This document shows positions 49,661 through 59,174 of a DNA stretch of 64,000 bases, piece by piece. The first letter of the stretch is position 1, and each line of letters starts with the position of its first letter. The position numbers were made by a program, and so were the translations under genes. The DNA comes from a virus. Under the pieces are notes generated by a model. That model saw only the letters and a program-made list of their open reading frames with translations. It was not told where the DNA came from and did no database searches. The stretch spans positions 1-64,000 of IMG/VR virus record IMGVR_UViG_3300013137_000013; one strand, written 5' to 3'.

Positions 49661-50659
49661 ATGGAAGACCAAAAATTTATTATAATATCCATTTTAAAAA
49701 ATTTTCTCGGTGATCCCAAGTCTTCAAGAGATTTGGAAACGAGAGAACAGTGGGAATTTAATTGTCCCAGCCATCAGTGTAGGAACGATATAAACAAATA
49801 TAACCTGGCCTTTAATACAAAAAACAATATCTACAAATGTTGGAAATGCAAGGATAGCGGAATTATTCATAAATTAGTCTACAAATATGGGTCTGCAGAA
49901 GACAATAAAAGACTAAAGCTTATAATGCCCACATATACAGGTAATTTTATTAATGTTTTCAGAAAAAATATTGTAAATCACAACCTTATAACTTGCCCTC
50001 TTCCAGATGGATATACCCCAATCACGTCCGCCATCAAAACACCAATGCATCAATTGGCCTATGATTATGCGGTAAAAACCAGGAGGCTATCATTTAACCA
50101 ATTGATTGAACACAAAATAGGTTATACAGAAGTGGGTGCTTATAGAAACAGAATTATAATTCCTTCGTTTAATGATTATGGGAATATTAATTATTTTGAG
50201 GCCAGGACATTCCTTAAAAATATAAAACCACCCTATTATAAGCCTGACCAAAAGGTTTTTCCAGACAAAAACATACCAGAAAAATATGATATTATTTTTA
50301 ACGAAAGAAATATAAACTGGGATTTACCAGTTTATTTGGTCGAAGGAGTCTTTGATATGTTCCGTATACCAAATTCAATACCTATGCTTGGAAAAACACC
50401 ATCTTGGTTATTGATTTCTCGACTTATAGAGCACAATGCTACTGTAATTATTTGTCTCGACGAAGATGCATTTAAAGACAGTTTTGAAATATATGAGCAA
50501 CTTTCCTCTTTAGGTTTGGATGTTTATTTTGTAGACTTAAAGGGTTTGGGAGACATTTCCTATCATTATGAGCAAAATGGTGCCCAGGGAATAACGGGAT
50601 TATTACAAAGTAGAAAGAAAATGGATTTTATTTACAAAATTTCAAGAATATTAAATTAA
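49661..50659 (+). CDS. DNA primase (Zn-binding + TOPRIM)
   Basis: CPSHQC...CWKC, RIIIP, YFEAR, VEGVFD, CLDED. Confidence 0.88.
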   Translation: MEDQKFIIISILKNFLGDPKSSRDLETREQWEFNCPSHQCRNDINKYNLAFNTKNNIYKCWKCKDSGIIHKLVYKYGSAEDNKRLKLIMPTYTGNFINVFRKNIVNHNLITCPLPDGYTPITSAIKTPMHQLAYDYAVKTRRLSFNQLIEHKIGYTEVGAYRNRIIIPSFNDYGNINYFEARTFLKNIKPPYYKPDQKVFPDKNIPEKYDIIFNERNINWDLPVYLVEGVFDMFRIPNSIPMLGKTPSWLLISRLIEHNATVIICLDEDAFKDSFEIYEQLSSLGLDVYFVDLKGLGDISYHYEQNGAQGITGLLQSRKKMDFIYKISRILN

Positions 50660-50669
50660 AGGACAAAAC

Positions 50670-53600
50670 ATGAAAATAGCACATTTATCAGATATTCATA
50701 TAAGATTTGCAAGTAGACATGACGAATACAGAGAAGTTTTTAAAAGACTTTTTGATGATTTAAAAAAGCAAAAACCAAACAGAATAGCAATTACTGGAGA
50801 CTTAAACCACTTAAAAGTAAATATGTCCCCTGGGTCAATTGATTTAACTTCTGAGTTCTTAATAAATCTTGCAAAAATTGCTCCAGTTGACATCATATTG
50901 GGAAACCATGATGTAAACCTGCAGCAAAAGGAACAGGGAGACACTATAACGCCAATTTTTAACGTGGCCGATAGATTCTCTGATTTAATGTCAGAGTCCG
51001 TTAAAAAGAGTATAAAGAAGTCGTTTATCATAGGAAAAGATAATGCCAACACAGTTGATTTTTCAAAAAAAGGAATTTATTTCTTTCCAGATAGTGATTT
51101 CTACAAAATTTCAGAAACATTAGTCTATGGAGTTTATTCCTGTAAAGATGACAAAATTCTTACTCTTACCAAAAAAGAGCCAGGAGTAAAATATGTTGCC
51201 TTATTCCATGGACAACTGAAAGGTGCCAGAGGAGACAATGGATATGAACTCGTTGGAGATGACCTTCTTAATGTAACTACATTCAATAACTTTGACGTAG
51301 TATTTTTAGGCGACATTCATGAACATCAAGCATTTAGAGAAGACGAAAGTATGGCTTATTGCGGTTCCCTAATCCAACAAGATTACGGTGAATCAATAAA
51401 TAAGGGATATTTGATGTGGGATTTGGAAAAGAATTCTTTTCAGAGAAGGTATATACTCAACGATTATGGTTTTGCAAAAATAACCATTTCTAAAGGGGAA
51501 TTATTCGAAGAAAGAATTGAAAATATCAAATTCAGCAATGACAAAAAAAGAACAAAAGTTTATATTGTCTGGGAAGATTACGAAGAAAATTATTCCACAG
51601 AAAAAGAATCTCAAATTGCAAAACTTGTAAAAGAAAAATTTGGCTGTGATGTTGTAAAAGTGGAGTTTTCTGAAATTAAAAAATTACAACAAGAAAACAC
51701 AGATGTGGCGGATTCCAGAAACAAAGAAACATTTCTACAACAGCTTGCAGATTATATTAAAGAAATAAATCCAGATGAAGATGAAGATGTTGTTAAGGAA
51801 GTATTACAACTCGCAGAAACAATAGACAAAGAACTTGAAATTTCTGATAAAGTAGAAGATGTAAAACTTTGGAATGTTGATTGTGTGGAAATTTCAAACA
51901 TATTTTCCTTTCCAGAAAAACCAACTATTGTTAATTTTGAGAAATTGCGTGGCTCTACTGGTATTTTTGGAAAAAATTATTCTGGAAAATCAAATGTTGT
52001 CAAAGCAATTGTGTGGGGGTTATACCAGCACATTCTTGGGGGCGGAAATGCTAAAAAGATTGTAAACATTTACACTTCTTCAAACAAGGGATATGTAAAA
52101 ATACATCTCACCGTTGATGGGGAAAAGTATTATTTTAAAAGAGAAGTCATTACAAAGATTGATAAACATGGAGAATCATCAAACACATATCCAATAGAAT
52201 ACAAAAAATTAGTTATTGATGATTCTGGAAAAGAAAAGTGGGTAAGCGAAATATCAGACAAAAAATCCAATGACAGGAAAGAGATTAAGAACATTATATT
52301 GGCCGCAATTGGAACTGTAGAGGATTTTACCAAAGTGTGTCTTCAGACTCAAGGGGGAAAAGAAGATTATATAAATCAAGACCAGCAACCAAAAAACGAT
52401 TTGGTTAATAAATATCTTGGACTTGAACCTTTCAGGGACAGATATGAGTATGGAAATAAAAACTTTAATGATGTAAAAAAGAAACAGAAAGAATTGGGCG
52501 ATATAGTTTCTTTACAATCCACCGTACTGGAAATAGAAAACAATATTTTAAAACTTCAGAAAGAATATGACCTTTTGGTTGATGAAAGAGAGAAATCGGA
52601 AAAACAAAAGGATGTATTAAACAACAAGGTTTTGGAGCTTTCGAAAAACTTGAAACAATACGTACAATTATCAAAAGATGAAATAGAAGATGAAAGCCTT
52701 ATATTAAGCAACATTAGTGCATTAGAAGAACAAGTAAAAGACGATGGAACAAAATTGCAGGAGTTGTCTGACTGGGTTTCTGTAAATTTTAAAAGAGAAT
52801 TGCCGTTTGACGAAAACGAAACAATTGAAAGTCTTTCTTCGGAACTTACAAAAGAAAGTTCAGAATTTACCAAAGATAAAAACAAATATATTGAAGTAGA
52901 AAATTGGATTAAATCTAACCCACTAAGGCCACTTGCAAACATCGAAGGTTATGATTTAATTATTCAAAATCTAAATATTCAAATAGTTGGTTTACAAGCA
53001 AAACTCCCAACATATAAAGGAGAAAAGTGTCCCACTTGCGGACATGTCACCACACAGCCCAATCCTGATTTGTATAATCAGTGTTTGCAGGATATTACCA
53101 CACAAACTGGGCTTATGAACAATTATATAAATGCTGTAAATAAATACAGAGATGATGTTGCCCATAACAATACTTGCGATTTACAAAATTCAAATCTTCA
53201 GACACTACGAGCCACATTGACCGCAAGAAAAAATAGAAAGGAATCTTTAACACAAAGAATAGCACTAATATCTCAGTCACAAGACATTTTAGTTTATAAT
53301 CAAACTGTAGAAGATAAAAATAAACTTTTAAATTCTACCAGGTCAGCTATTGATTTAAAGAAAAAATTTATTGACAAACTCAATACCAATCTCGAAAAAG
53401 TAAGACAGAACACAGAAAGTAAAAGCCATAATGCATCAACGGAAAATGAAATTTTCAACATTCAAGAGCAAAGTAAATCATATAAATTTGCCGCATATGG
53501 CCTTTCACAAGACATAAACAATAAGAATGGAGACATTAGAGTTGAAAAAAATAATTTGGAAAATTATAAAAGTAAACTCGATGAAGTAAAGGCAGCTGAA

Positions 53601-54140
53601 AAAATATACAAAAAGTATTCTCTTTATCTGCAAGCTGTTCACAGAGATGGGATTCCTGCTAAAATAATCAGAAGAAAACTTCCAATTATTAACAACAAAA
53701 TTAACAGTATACTTAGCACAATTGTAAATTTCAAAATAGAGATGAGCATAACTATAAAGGGGGATATTATAGAAGGTTTTTATTTTAGTCCAGATAAATC
53801 AGATATGCTTCCTCTTGCATTTGCTTCGGGGGCTCAAAAATTTATTTCCAGCGTTGTTATTAAAGATGCTTTACATTATATGAGCAATCTTATAAAACCA
53901 TCACTAAACATCATTGATGAAGGATTTGGAACTCTTGATGATGATTTAATTTCTGGAATTATAATCGTTCTTCAGTATCTTAAAAACAAATACAAAAATG
54001 TGCTTATAATTACCCATAGAAATGAAATCAAAGATAGCGTAAACAATATCATAGAGGTATATAAAACATATGAAAACATTCCCCAGGAAGTTCTTGATGT
54101 AAATGAGCATGCTGGAATTACTCAACTTAATATTTCTTAA
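50670..54140 (+). CDS. fused SbcD/Mre11 nuclease - SbcC/Rad50 ATPase (gp47-gp46-like)
   Basis: LSDIH, TGD, GNHD, GDIH; Walker A GKNYSGKS, zinc hook CPTC, ASGAQK signature, IIDEGFGTLD, ITH. Confidence 0.93.
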   Translation: MKIAHLSDIHIRFASRHDEYREVFKRLFDDLKKQKPNRIAITGDLNHLKVNMSPGSIDLTSEFLINLAKIAPVDIILGNHDVNLQQKEQGDTITPIFNVADRFSDLMSESVKKSIKKSFIIGKDNANTVDFSKKGIYFFPDSDFYKISETLVYGVYSCKDDKILTLTKKEPGVKYVALFHGQLKGARGDNGYELVGDDLLNVTTFNNFDVVFLGDIHEHQAFREDESMAYCGSLIQQDYGESINKGYLMWDLEKNSFQRRYILNDYGFAKITISKGELFEERIENIKFSNDKKRTKVYIVWEDYEENYSTEKESQIAKLVKEKFGCDVVKVEFSEIKKLQQENTDVADSRNKETFLQQLADYIKEINPDEDEDVVKEVLQLAETIDKELEISDKVEDVKLWNVDCVEISNIFSFPEKPTIVNFEKLRGSTGIFGKNYSGKSNVVKAIVWGLYQHILGGGNAKKIVNIYTSSNKGYVKIHLTVDGEKYYFKREVITKIDKHGESSNTYPIEYKKLVIDDSGKEKWVSEISDKKSNDRKEIKNIILAAIGTVEDFTKVCLQTQGGKEDYINQDQQPKNDLVNKYLGLEPFRDRYEYGNKNFNDVKKKQKELGDIVSLQSTVLEIENNILKLQKEYDLLVDEREKSEKQKDVLNNKVLELSKNLKQYVQLSKDEIEDESLILSNISALEEQVKDDGTKLQELSDWVSVNFKRELPFDENETIESLSSELTKESSEFTKDKNKYIEVENWIKSNPLRPLANIEGYDLIIQNLNIQIVGLQAKLPTYKGEKCPTCGHVTTQPNPDLYNQCLQDITTQTGLMNNYINAVNKYRDDVAHNNTCDLQNSNLQTLRATLTARKNRKESLTQRIALISQSQDILVYNQTVEDKNKLLNSTRSAIDLKKKFIDKLNTNLEKVRQNTESKSHNASTENEIFNIQEQSKSYKFAAYGLSQDINNKNGDIRVEKNNLENYKSKLDEVKAAEKIYKKYSLYLQAVHRDGIPAKIIRRKLPIINNKINSILSTIVNFKIEMSITIKGDIIEGFYFSPDKSDMLPLAFASGAQKFISSVVIKDALHYMSNLIKPSLNIIDEGFGTLDDDLISGIIIVLQYLKNKYKNVLIITHRNEIKDSVNNIIEVYKTYENIPQEVLDVNEHAGITQLNIS

Positions 54141-54221
54141 TATGCAAAAATAAGGAGTTTTAAAACAAAAGAAAATGCTGAAAAAGCCTTACTTTTGTTC
54201 AAAAAAAGAGTTTATAAAACG

Positions 54222-54267
54222 GAGCGTAAAACCCACCCACCAGCTTTGCTGTGGGTGGGGAGTTCAC
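54222..54267 (+). mobile_element. probable IS200/IS605-family right-end remnant (GC-rich hairpin + AGTTCAC)
   Basis: CCCACCCAC-c-AGC-TTT-GCT-GTGGGTGGG hairpin followed by GAGTTCAC with no U-tract; GC island in AT-rich DNA. Confidence 0.55.
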
Positions 54268-54281
54268 TAAAAACTTATAAA

Positions 54282-54662
54282 ATGAATTCAGAACAAAGAA
54301 AAAAATATGACGAGCAAGTTGCCTTAGAATACAAAAGTAGAAAAGAAAAATCTCTAAAAGAAAAGGAAAAGGCCAGGCAGACCCAACAAAAAAAAATGTT
54401 AGAACCAGCCATTAAAAAAAACATAGTTATTTGGATTGACAAATTTAATAATGGAAATGTTTATGAAGGAAGTTTTGGTAAAGAAATTTGCTTTGAAATC
54501 AAAAGAGGGTTGTTATCTTTTTCTTTAAAAATAGTTCATCCAGAATTAAAAACGCCAAGTAAGAACAATGTTTCTACTGAGCTTATTAAATTACAAGAAA
54601 TAGCAAATAAAATTCTTTGGAACAATCCTAAGTTTCTATTAAAATTTAAACCCGTCTCTTAA
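54282..54662 (+). CDS. hypothetical protein
   Basis: start inferred at Met 54282, downstream of the hairpin. Confidence 0.65.
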   Translation: MNSEQRKKYDEQVALEYKSRKEKSLKEKEKARQTQQKKMLEPAIKKNIVIWIDKFNNGNVYEGSFGKEICFEIKRGLLSFSLKIVHPELKTPSKNNVSTELIKLQEIANKILWNNPKFLLKFKPVS

Positions 54663-55388
54663 AAATTTATTCCAAGGCTTTTTAAGATACAAATTTCTTC
54701 TTTCTCTTTCTGTCATTGATTTTTCAGCTCCAGTTTCTGGAGCTTTTTCTTCTGGTGCCTCTGGGGTTTCTACATTTTCTGGCGCTTCCGCTGGGATTGG
54801 TCCAGTTGGAGTAACTTTTGACAAATCAATTGGTTCGCCCAACTTTTCTCCCCTACCTTCTCTATCATCTCTTTCGACTTCTGCGTTTGTAATGTCGTAC
54901 TGGTCTGTAATTGTGACAAATCTTCTGTCTCCTTTTTTATATCCTGGGGGATATTCATAAAAGAATTTATCTGTAAACCACATACTTTTAAAACTTTTTG
55001 GGTCAAGGTCAAATAATCTCCAAACGCTTTCAGTTTCTTGACTTCTTGTTCCAGTTTTTTGTGCGGCTCTTTCTGATTGTCCAGCCAGGTGAAAAGCACT
55101 CAATTTAAGCGGAACCCCTGATTTTGTTTTATATGTTCCCAATGTAACGGGAAGAATAATTCTAAATTTTGTAATTGGCATATCAGTACTTTTGTAAGAT
55201 ATGCCTATTGCCCTACCTTCACGAATAGCTTGTTTTAGCATGTTTAAATCGAAACCCTGAACTCTTTGCCAGCTTTTGTCATATGCCTTCGTCAAATCCT
55301 CTCTATTGAAGTCAATGACCTCATCAAGTGGCATTATCCCAGCCAGCTTCATTATTCTACTTTTATATGACTCAGAAAGAAAACCCAT
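54639..55388 (-). CDS. WYL-like domain protein with putative head-targeting N-terminus
   Basis: LKQAIREGRAIGISY..RIILPVTLG..LSAF..WRLF; N-term LSESYKSRIMKLAGI; TATTTATT motif upstream. Confidence 0.6.
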   Translation of the reverse strand: MGFLSESYKSRIMKLAGIMPLDEVIDFNREDLTKAYDKSWQRVQGFDLNMLKQAIREGRAIGISYKSTDMPITKFRIILPVTLGTYKTKSGVPLKLSAFHLAGQSERAAQKTGTRSQETESVWRLFDLDPKSFKSMWFTDKFFYEYPPGYKKGDRRFVTITDQYDITNAEVERDDREGRGEKLGEPIDLSKVTPTGPIPAEAPENVETPEAPEEKAPETGAEKSMTERERRNLYLKKPWNKFLRDGFKF

Positions 55389-55434
55389 ATGTAATAAATA
55401 TGGAAATAATCTTATTTTTTAGGATTTTTTTTAT

Positions 55435-55442
55435 TATATTTG
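55435..55442 (+). promoter_or_regulatory. Bacteroidota -7 element TATATTTG
   Basis: 14 nt upstream of Met 55457; no clear -33 element. Confidence 0.55.
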
Positions 55443-55456
55443 CAAAAAAACGAATT

Positions 55457-56401
55457 ATGACTATAAAAGTAATAGACAAAAAAATAATTAAAGACGACTT
55501 GCACGCTTCCTTGGGACAAGATAGCAACAATACCCATATTAGCTTTAGTGAATTTTCTCTTTATAATGAATGTGGCCAAAAACATTTAATTTTTAAATAT
55601 CTCGCTCTTGATACTCAAGAGCAATCTATACATTTATTCTTTGGAAATGCTATTCATGAGTCAATCGAGATGGGTGTAAAAAATGGACTTAACAATGAAC
55701 AAAGAGCAAAATATTTTGCGAACAAGTTCAAAAAAGACATGATGGATAACATGCTTCATGATAAGCAATTTGCTGATGTAGAAGATTTTATTGAGCAAGG
55801 AAAGCATATTTTGTTAATACTCGACACAGAAGTTCTTTTAAAGGGTTATCAAATTGTAAGTGTAGAAGACCCCTTATACGAAGTAATATATAAAAAATTC
55901 AGATTCAAGGGATTTATTGACCTTATTGCTTATAATCCAACTACAGGAAGATATTTAATTATTGATTGGAAAACCTCTGGAGAAGAATGGAATGTTGACA
56001 AAAAGAAAAAAGATGACATTTTTCTTTGCCAGATGCGTTTTTACAAGTTTTTCTGGGGCAGAAAGAGCAAAGTACCACTTGATAAAATTGATTGCAAATA
56101 CGTTGTTTTAAATAGGCTTAAAAACAAAAAGAACCCCCAGGGTGGATTTGGAGAAATTCAGATAGTTGATATTAATTCTACTGAAGCAGAGATTTTTGAA
56201 TCATTAGACAGACTTGGCAATACTTTAAAAAACATTCACGTAGAAAAAATCTTTCCCAAAGTTAAATTTACTGGAAACGAAAGATTTAACTGTATGTTTT
56301 GTAAATATAAGGGAGGAATTCACCCCCTCTGCAACTCTAAGTATAATCAATATGTAGAGTTGTTACAGGAACATGAACATAAAAAACTTACTAATATTTA
56401 A
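55457..56401 (+). CDS. PD-(D/E)xK exonuclease, Cas4/RecB-like
   Basis: ISFS...EC, GNAIHE, GFIDL, IIDWKT, QMRFY, CMFCKY..C. Confidence 0.88.
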   Translation: MTIKVIDKKIIKDDLHASLGQDSNNTHISFSEFSLYNECGQKHLIFKYLALDTQEQSIHLFFGNAIHESIEMGVKNGLNNEQRAKYFANKFKKDMMDNMLHDKQFADVEDFIEQGKHILLILDTEVLLKGYQIVSVEDPLYEVIYKKFRFKGFIDLIAYNPTTGRYLIIDWKTSGEEWNVDKKKKDDIFLCQMRFYKFFWGRKSKVPLDKIDCKYVVLNRLKNKKNPQGGFGEIQIVDINSTEAEIFESLDRLGNTLKNIHVEKIFPKVKFTGNERFNCMFCKYKGGIHPLCNSKYNQYVELLQEHEHKKLTNI

Positions 56402-56417
56402 TATAAAACTTTAGAAT

Positions 56418-56822
56418 ATGGCATATTACAGTAAAGAAGGTGTAAAAAAATACATCAATGAAAACAATGACAAAATTGAAAACAAGGGACATAAATCCAT
56501 AACACCAGTTGAGCATTCATTTATGCAATTAGACGACGAGGAAGATGTTGTGGGATTCTTCTGGATGGACATTAACGAAGAAAGCGGTGACGGTGCAAAG
56601 GTTAAAATGCAAGGAAAAACATTTGTCAGAATTGATTTTAATTTATACACGGACGACAGATTTGCAATAGACCTCTATCAATCTCAGGCAGAAGGCACAA
56701 CTGTTACTCAAGTAATTAAAAACAGAGAGATAGACCAGGAGCGTGCAAAAAAGTCTATAAAAGAGAACAAGGAAGATTTAGAAGATGGCCTTTCTGACAA
56801 ATTACACCACAAAGAAGAATAA
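56418..56822 (+). CDS. hypothetical protein
   Basis: 134 aa acidic ORF in the operon. Confidence 0.75.
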   Translation: MAYYSKEGVKKYINENNDKIENKGHKSITPVEHSFMQLDDEEDVVGFFWMDINEESGDGAKVKMQGKTFVRIDFNLYTDDRFAIDLYQSQAEGTTVTQVIKNREIDQERAKKSIKENKEDLEDGLSDKLHHKEE

Positions 56823-56825
56823 AAT

Positions 56826-57161
56826 ATGGAACTAAGCGAACTATACGAACTTACTGCACTTAACGAACTCGATTTACTTTATAAACTCATTGAAATTGCT
56901 GAATCAAACAAAAAAGATGCAGAAAAAATTTTAAGAGGGGAAAAGGCTGCTGGGATTCGCATGCGTGATAGTTTACAGGATGTTAAAACATTATGCGAAA
57001 TTATAAGAGACCAAATACAAATAAGAAAAGGAATGGAGTGGGGACCAAAAAGAGTTTCTGCTTTAGACAAGGCCATCAATGAAGCTCAAAAAAGACAAAT
57101 AAAGGATAAAGAATTAATTGATAAGAAAAAAAGAGAGCGCCTGGCAAGGCTTGCAAGATAA
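56826..57161 (+). CDS. histone H1-like Hc1-family nucleoid protein
   Basis: DAEK..GEKAAGIRMRDSLQDVKTL..IR resembles the Hc1 GNKAAGxRxRK core. Confidence 0.55.
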   Translation: MELSELYELTALNELDLLYKLIEIAESNKKDAEKILRGEKAAGIRMRDSLQDVKTLCEIIRDQIQIRKGMEWGPKRVSALDKAINEAQKRQIKDKELIDKKKRERLARLAR

Positions 57162-57165
57162 GAAT

Positions 57166-59112
57166 ATGGCAAAACGGACAAAAAAAGAACAAGACAATCA
57201 AGAAGTTAACGTTGTAAAAATAAGAAAGCTTAAAGTTAACTTCGAATTAAGGTATGACTACTTAAAAGTCCTGACTGAATATATAAAAAGACTTCCCAAA
57301 GAGCACAGGTCTTTTAGAAAAGATAGTGTTATAGGAATGGATGGACATCCAAAAGATGAATGGGTGAGAATCGTCAGTGAGGCTAAAATGGGAGAAATTG
57401 TTACATTTTTAATTGATAATAAAATTAAATTTGCTTTTGAAAACATTACTTCTGATGTATTAGATAGGTTTAGAAATGAATACCTTGAAAGGCTAAGAAA
57501 AATATCTGAAGTTTTAAAATTAAAAGCCGAACAATTAGATATTTCTGGGGAAGATTATTCCTTCATGAAAATCCAGCCATATGATTATCAAAAAAAGGCC
57601 ATCAAATTTTTCGAAATAAACGATGGAATTTCAATATTAGGAGACCAACCTGGTGTCGGAAAAACCTGCCCCGCATTTGCTTACGCATCAAAATATAAAT
57701 TAAAAACATTAGTAGTTTGTCCAGCATCATTAAAGCTGATGTGGAGGAAAGAGATATTAAAATTCACCAATGAAAATGCTTTTGTTTATAAATTAAAACC
57801 AAAAAAGAAAAGTAAATTAATAACCCATACAAAGGAAGAGTCTTTATTCCATATTACTAATTACGAAGCAATAGAATCATACATAAAACTTGAATACCAC
57901 CATAAATGTAGTGGTAATATTCTACAAACAAAAGGGGGAATGGGTAAATGCACATGGGAACAAACAGACCTTACCAAACAATACAAAAAGTGTCCCATTT
58001 GCGAAAATACTGGCACTGTTAAATCAAGAATTGTAGATTTAGTTTATTTTAACGATGCTTTTGGACAAGAAATAAATCCAGCAGATTATGATTTAATCAT
58101 TATTGATGAATGTCATAGAATGAAGGAGTTAAAGACAACTTGGACAAAAATTATTCATCGAGCATTTGCTTGTATTCCCAAAAAACTTTTATTATCTGGA
58201 ACTGTTATAAAAAGTCGTCCATTTGAATTTTTCTCCACACTTAATTTTATAATGCCAGAAGAATGGAAAAATTCTCATGAATTCGGTGTAAGATATGGTG
58301 CAGGATATCAAGATAATTTTGGATGGAATTATAATGGTGCATCTAACTTAGAAGAATTATTTACCAGGGTATCCCCCTACTTTTTAAGGAGGCTTAAACG
58401 TGATGTTTTAAAAGAACTTCCTCCAAAAACATATCTTGAAATTCCCCTTGAACTTGATGACAAAGAATATGCAGAATATCAAAAATTAAAAGAAGGGGTC
58501 AAAAAAGAAATAGTTGATGGAAAAGAAGTTGAGAAAAAAGATTCATATTTAACTTCAGTTCATAAGCTTAAAAAATTTCTTGGCAAAATTAAGGTTAAAA
58601 AAGCAAAAGAAATTATAGAAGATATAATTGATGGTGGCGAAAAGGTAGTTGTAATTTCAGATTACCAGGAAATGGCCGAAGAAATTGCTGATATGTTTAA
58701 AGGAATATCGGTTCTTCATACTGGTTCTTTGAGTGATGTTGATAAACAAACTTCGGTTGATAGATTTCAAGAAGAAAAGGAAATTAAAGTTTTTTCTGGA
58801 ATGGTAATTGCCTCTGGGGTTGGAAATACGTTGACGGCTGCCAGTAAACTTATTAAATTGGGATTTTCATGGACTCCTTCAGATGAAGAGCAGGTAGAAG
58901 ACCGAATTCATAGAGCAAGTACCACAGCTGATACAATAGAGATTATAACCTTATATTGCCTGGATACTATTGATGAAGACATCATGGAATTATTGAACGA
59001 AAAGTCATATATCGTTACAAAGGCATTAGACAATAAAGAATATAAAAAACAGAGTACCACCGTAGATGAAAGTATTTTCAAAGACTTATTAAGAAGGATT
59101 CAAGAAAAATAA
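57166..59112 (+). CDS. SNF2-family helicase/translocase
   Basis: PYDYQ, DQPGVGKT, VVCPASL, IIDECH, LLSGT, LRRLK.DVL.ELPPK, QVEDRIHR; start inferred at 57166. Confidence 0.93.
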   Translation: MAKRTKKEQDNQEVNVVKIRKLKVNFELRYDYLKVLTEYIKRLPKEHRSFRKDSVIGMDGHPKDEWVRIVSEAKMGEIVTFLIDNKIKFAFENITSDVLDRFRNEYLERLRKISEVLKLKAEQLDISGEDYSFMKIQPYDYQKKAIKFFEINDGISILGDQPGVGKTCPAFAYASKYKLKTLVVCPASLKLMWRKEILKFTNENAFVYKLKPKKKSKLITHTKEESLFHITNYEAIESYIKLEYHHKCSGNILQTKGGMGKCTWEQTDLTKQYKKCPICENTGTVKSRIVDLVYFNDAFGQEINPADYDLIIIDECHRMKELKTTWTKIIHRAFACIPKKLLLSGTVIKSRPFEFFSTLNFIMPEEWKNSHEFGVRYGAGYQDNFGWNYNGASNLEELFTRVSPYFLRRLKRDVLKELPPKTYLEIPLELDDKEYAEYQKLKEGVKKEIVDGKEVEKKDSYLTSVHKLKKFLGKIKVKKAKEIIEDIIDGGEKVVVISDYQEMAEEIADMFKGISVLHTGSLSDVDKQTSVDRFQEEKEIKVFSGMVIASGVGNTLTAASKLIKLGFSWTPSDEEQVEDRIHRASTTADTIEIITLYCLDTIDEDIMELLNEKSYIVTKALDNKEYKKQSTTVDESIFKDLLRRIQEK

Positions 59113-59174
59113 TTAGTAAATTAATTTTTTATTTTTTTTTCTATATTTATAGGAAATGTAAAAAAAATATTGCT

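Noticed and set aside
54138-54662. Read-through of the Mre11-Rad50 TAA into the in-frame downstream ORF
   Set aside because: The ATPase is complete before the stop, TAA is rarely read through, and the downstream gene has its own plausible Met at 54282
55457-56401. Cas4-like gene as evidence of a CRISPR-Cas system
   Set aside because: No cas1/cas2 or array; stand-alone PD-(D/E)xK nucleases are common in phage replication blocks
50670-59112. Inteins or introns in the large DNA-metabolism genes
   Set aside because: No C/S...HN-C/S/T splice motifs or LAGLIDADG blocks seen; lengths are explained by the fusion and coiled coil
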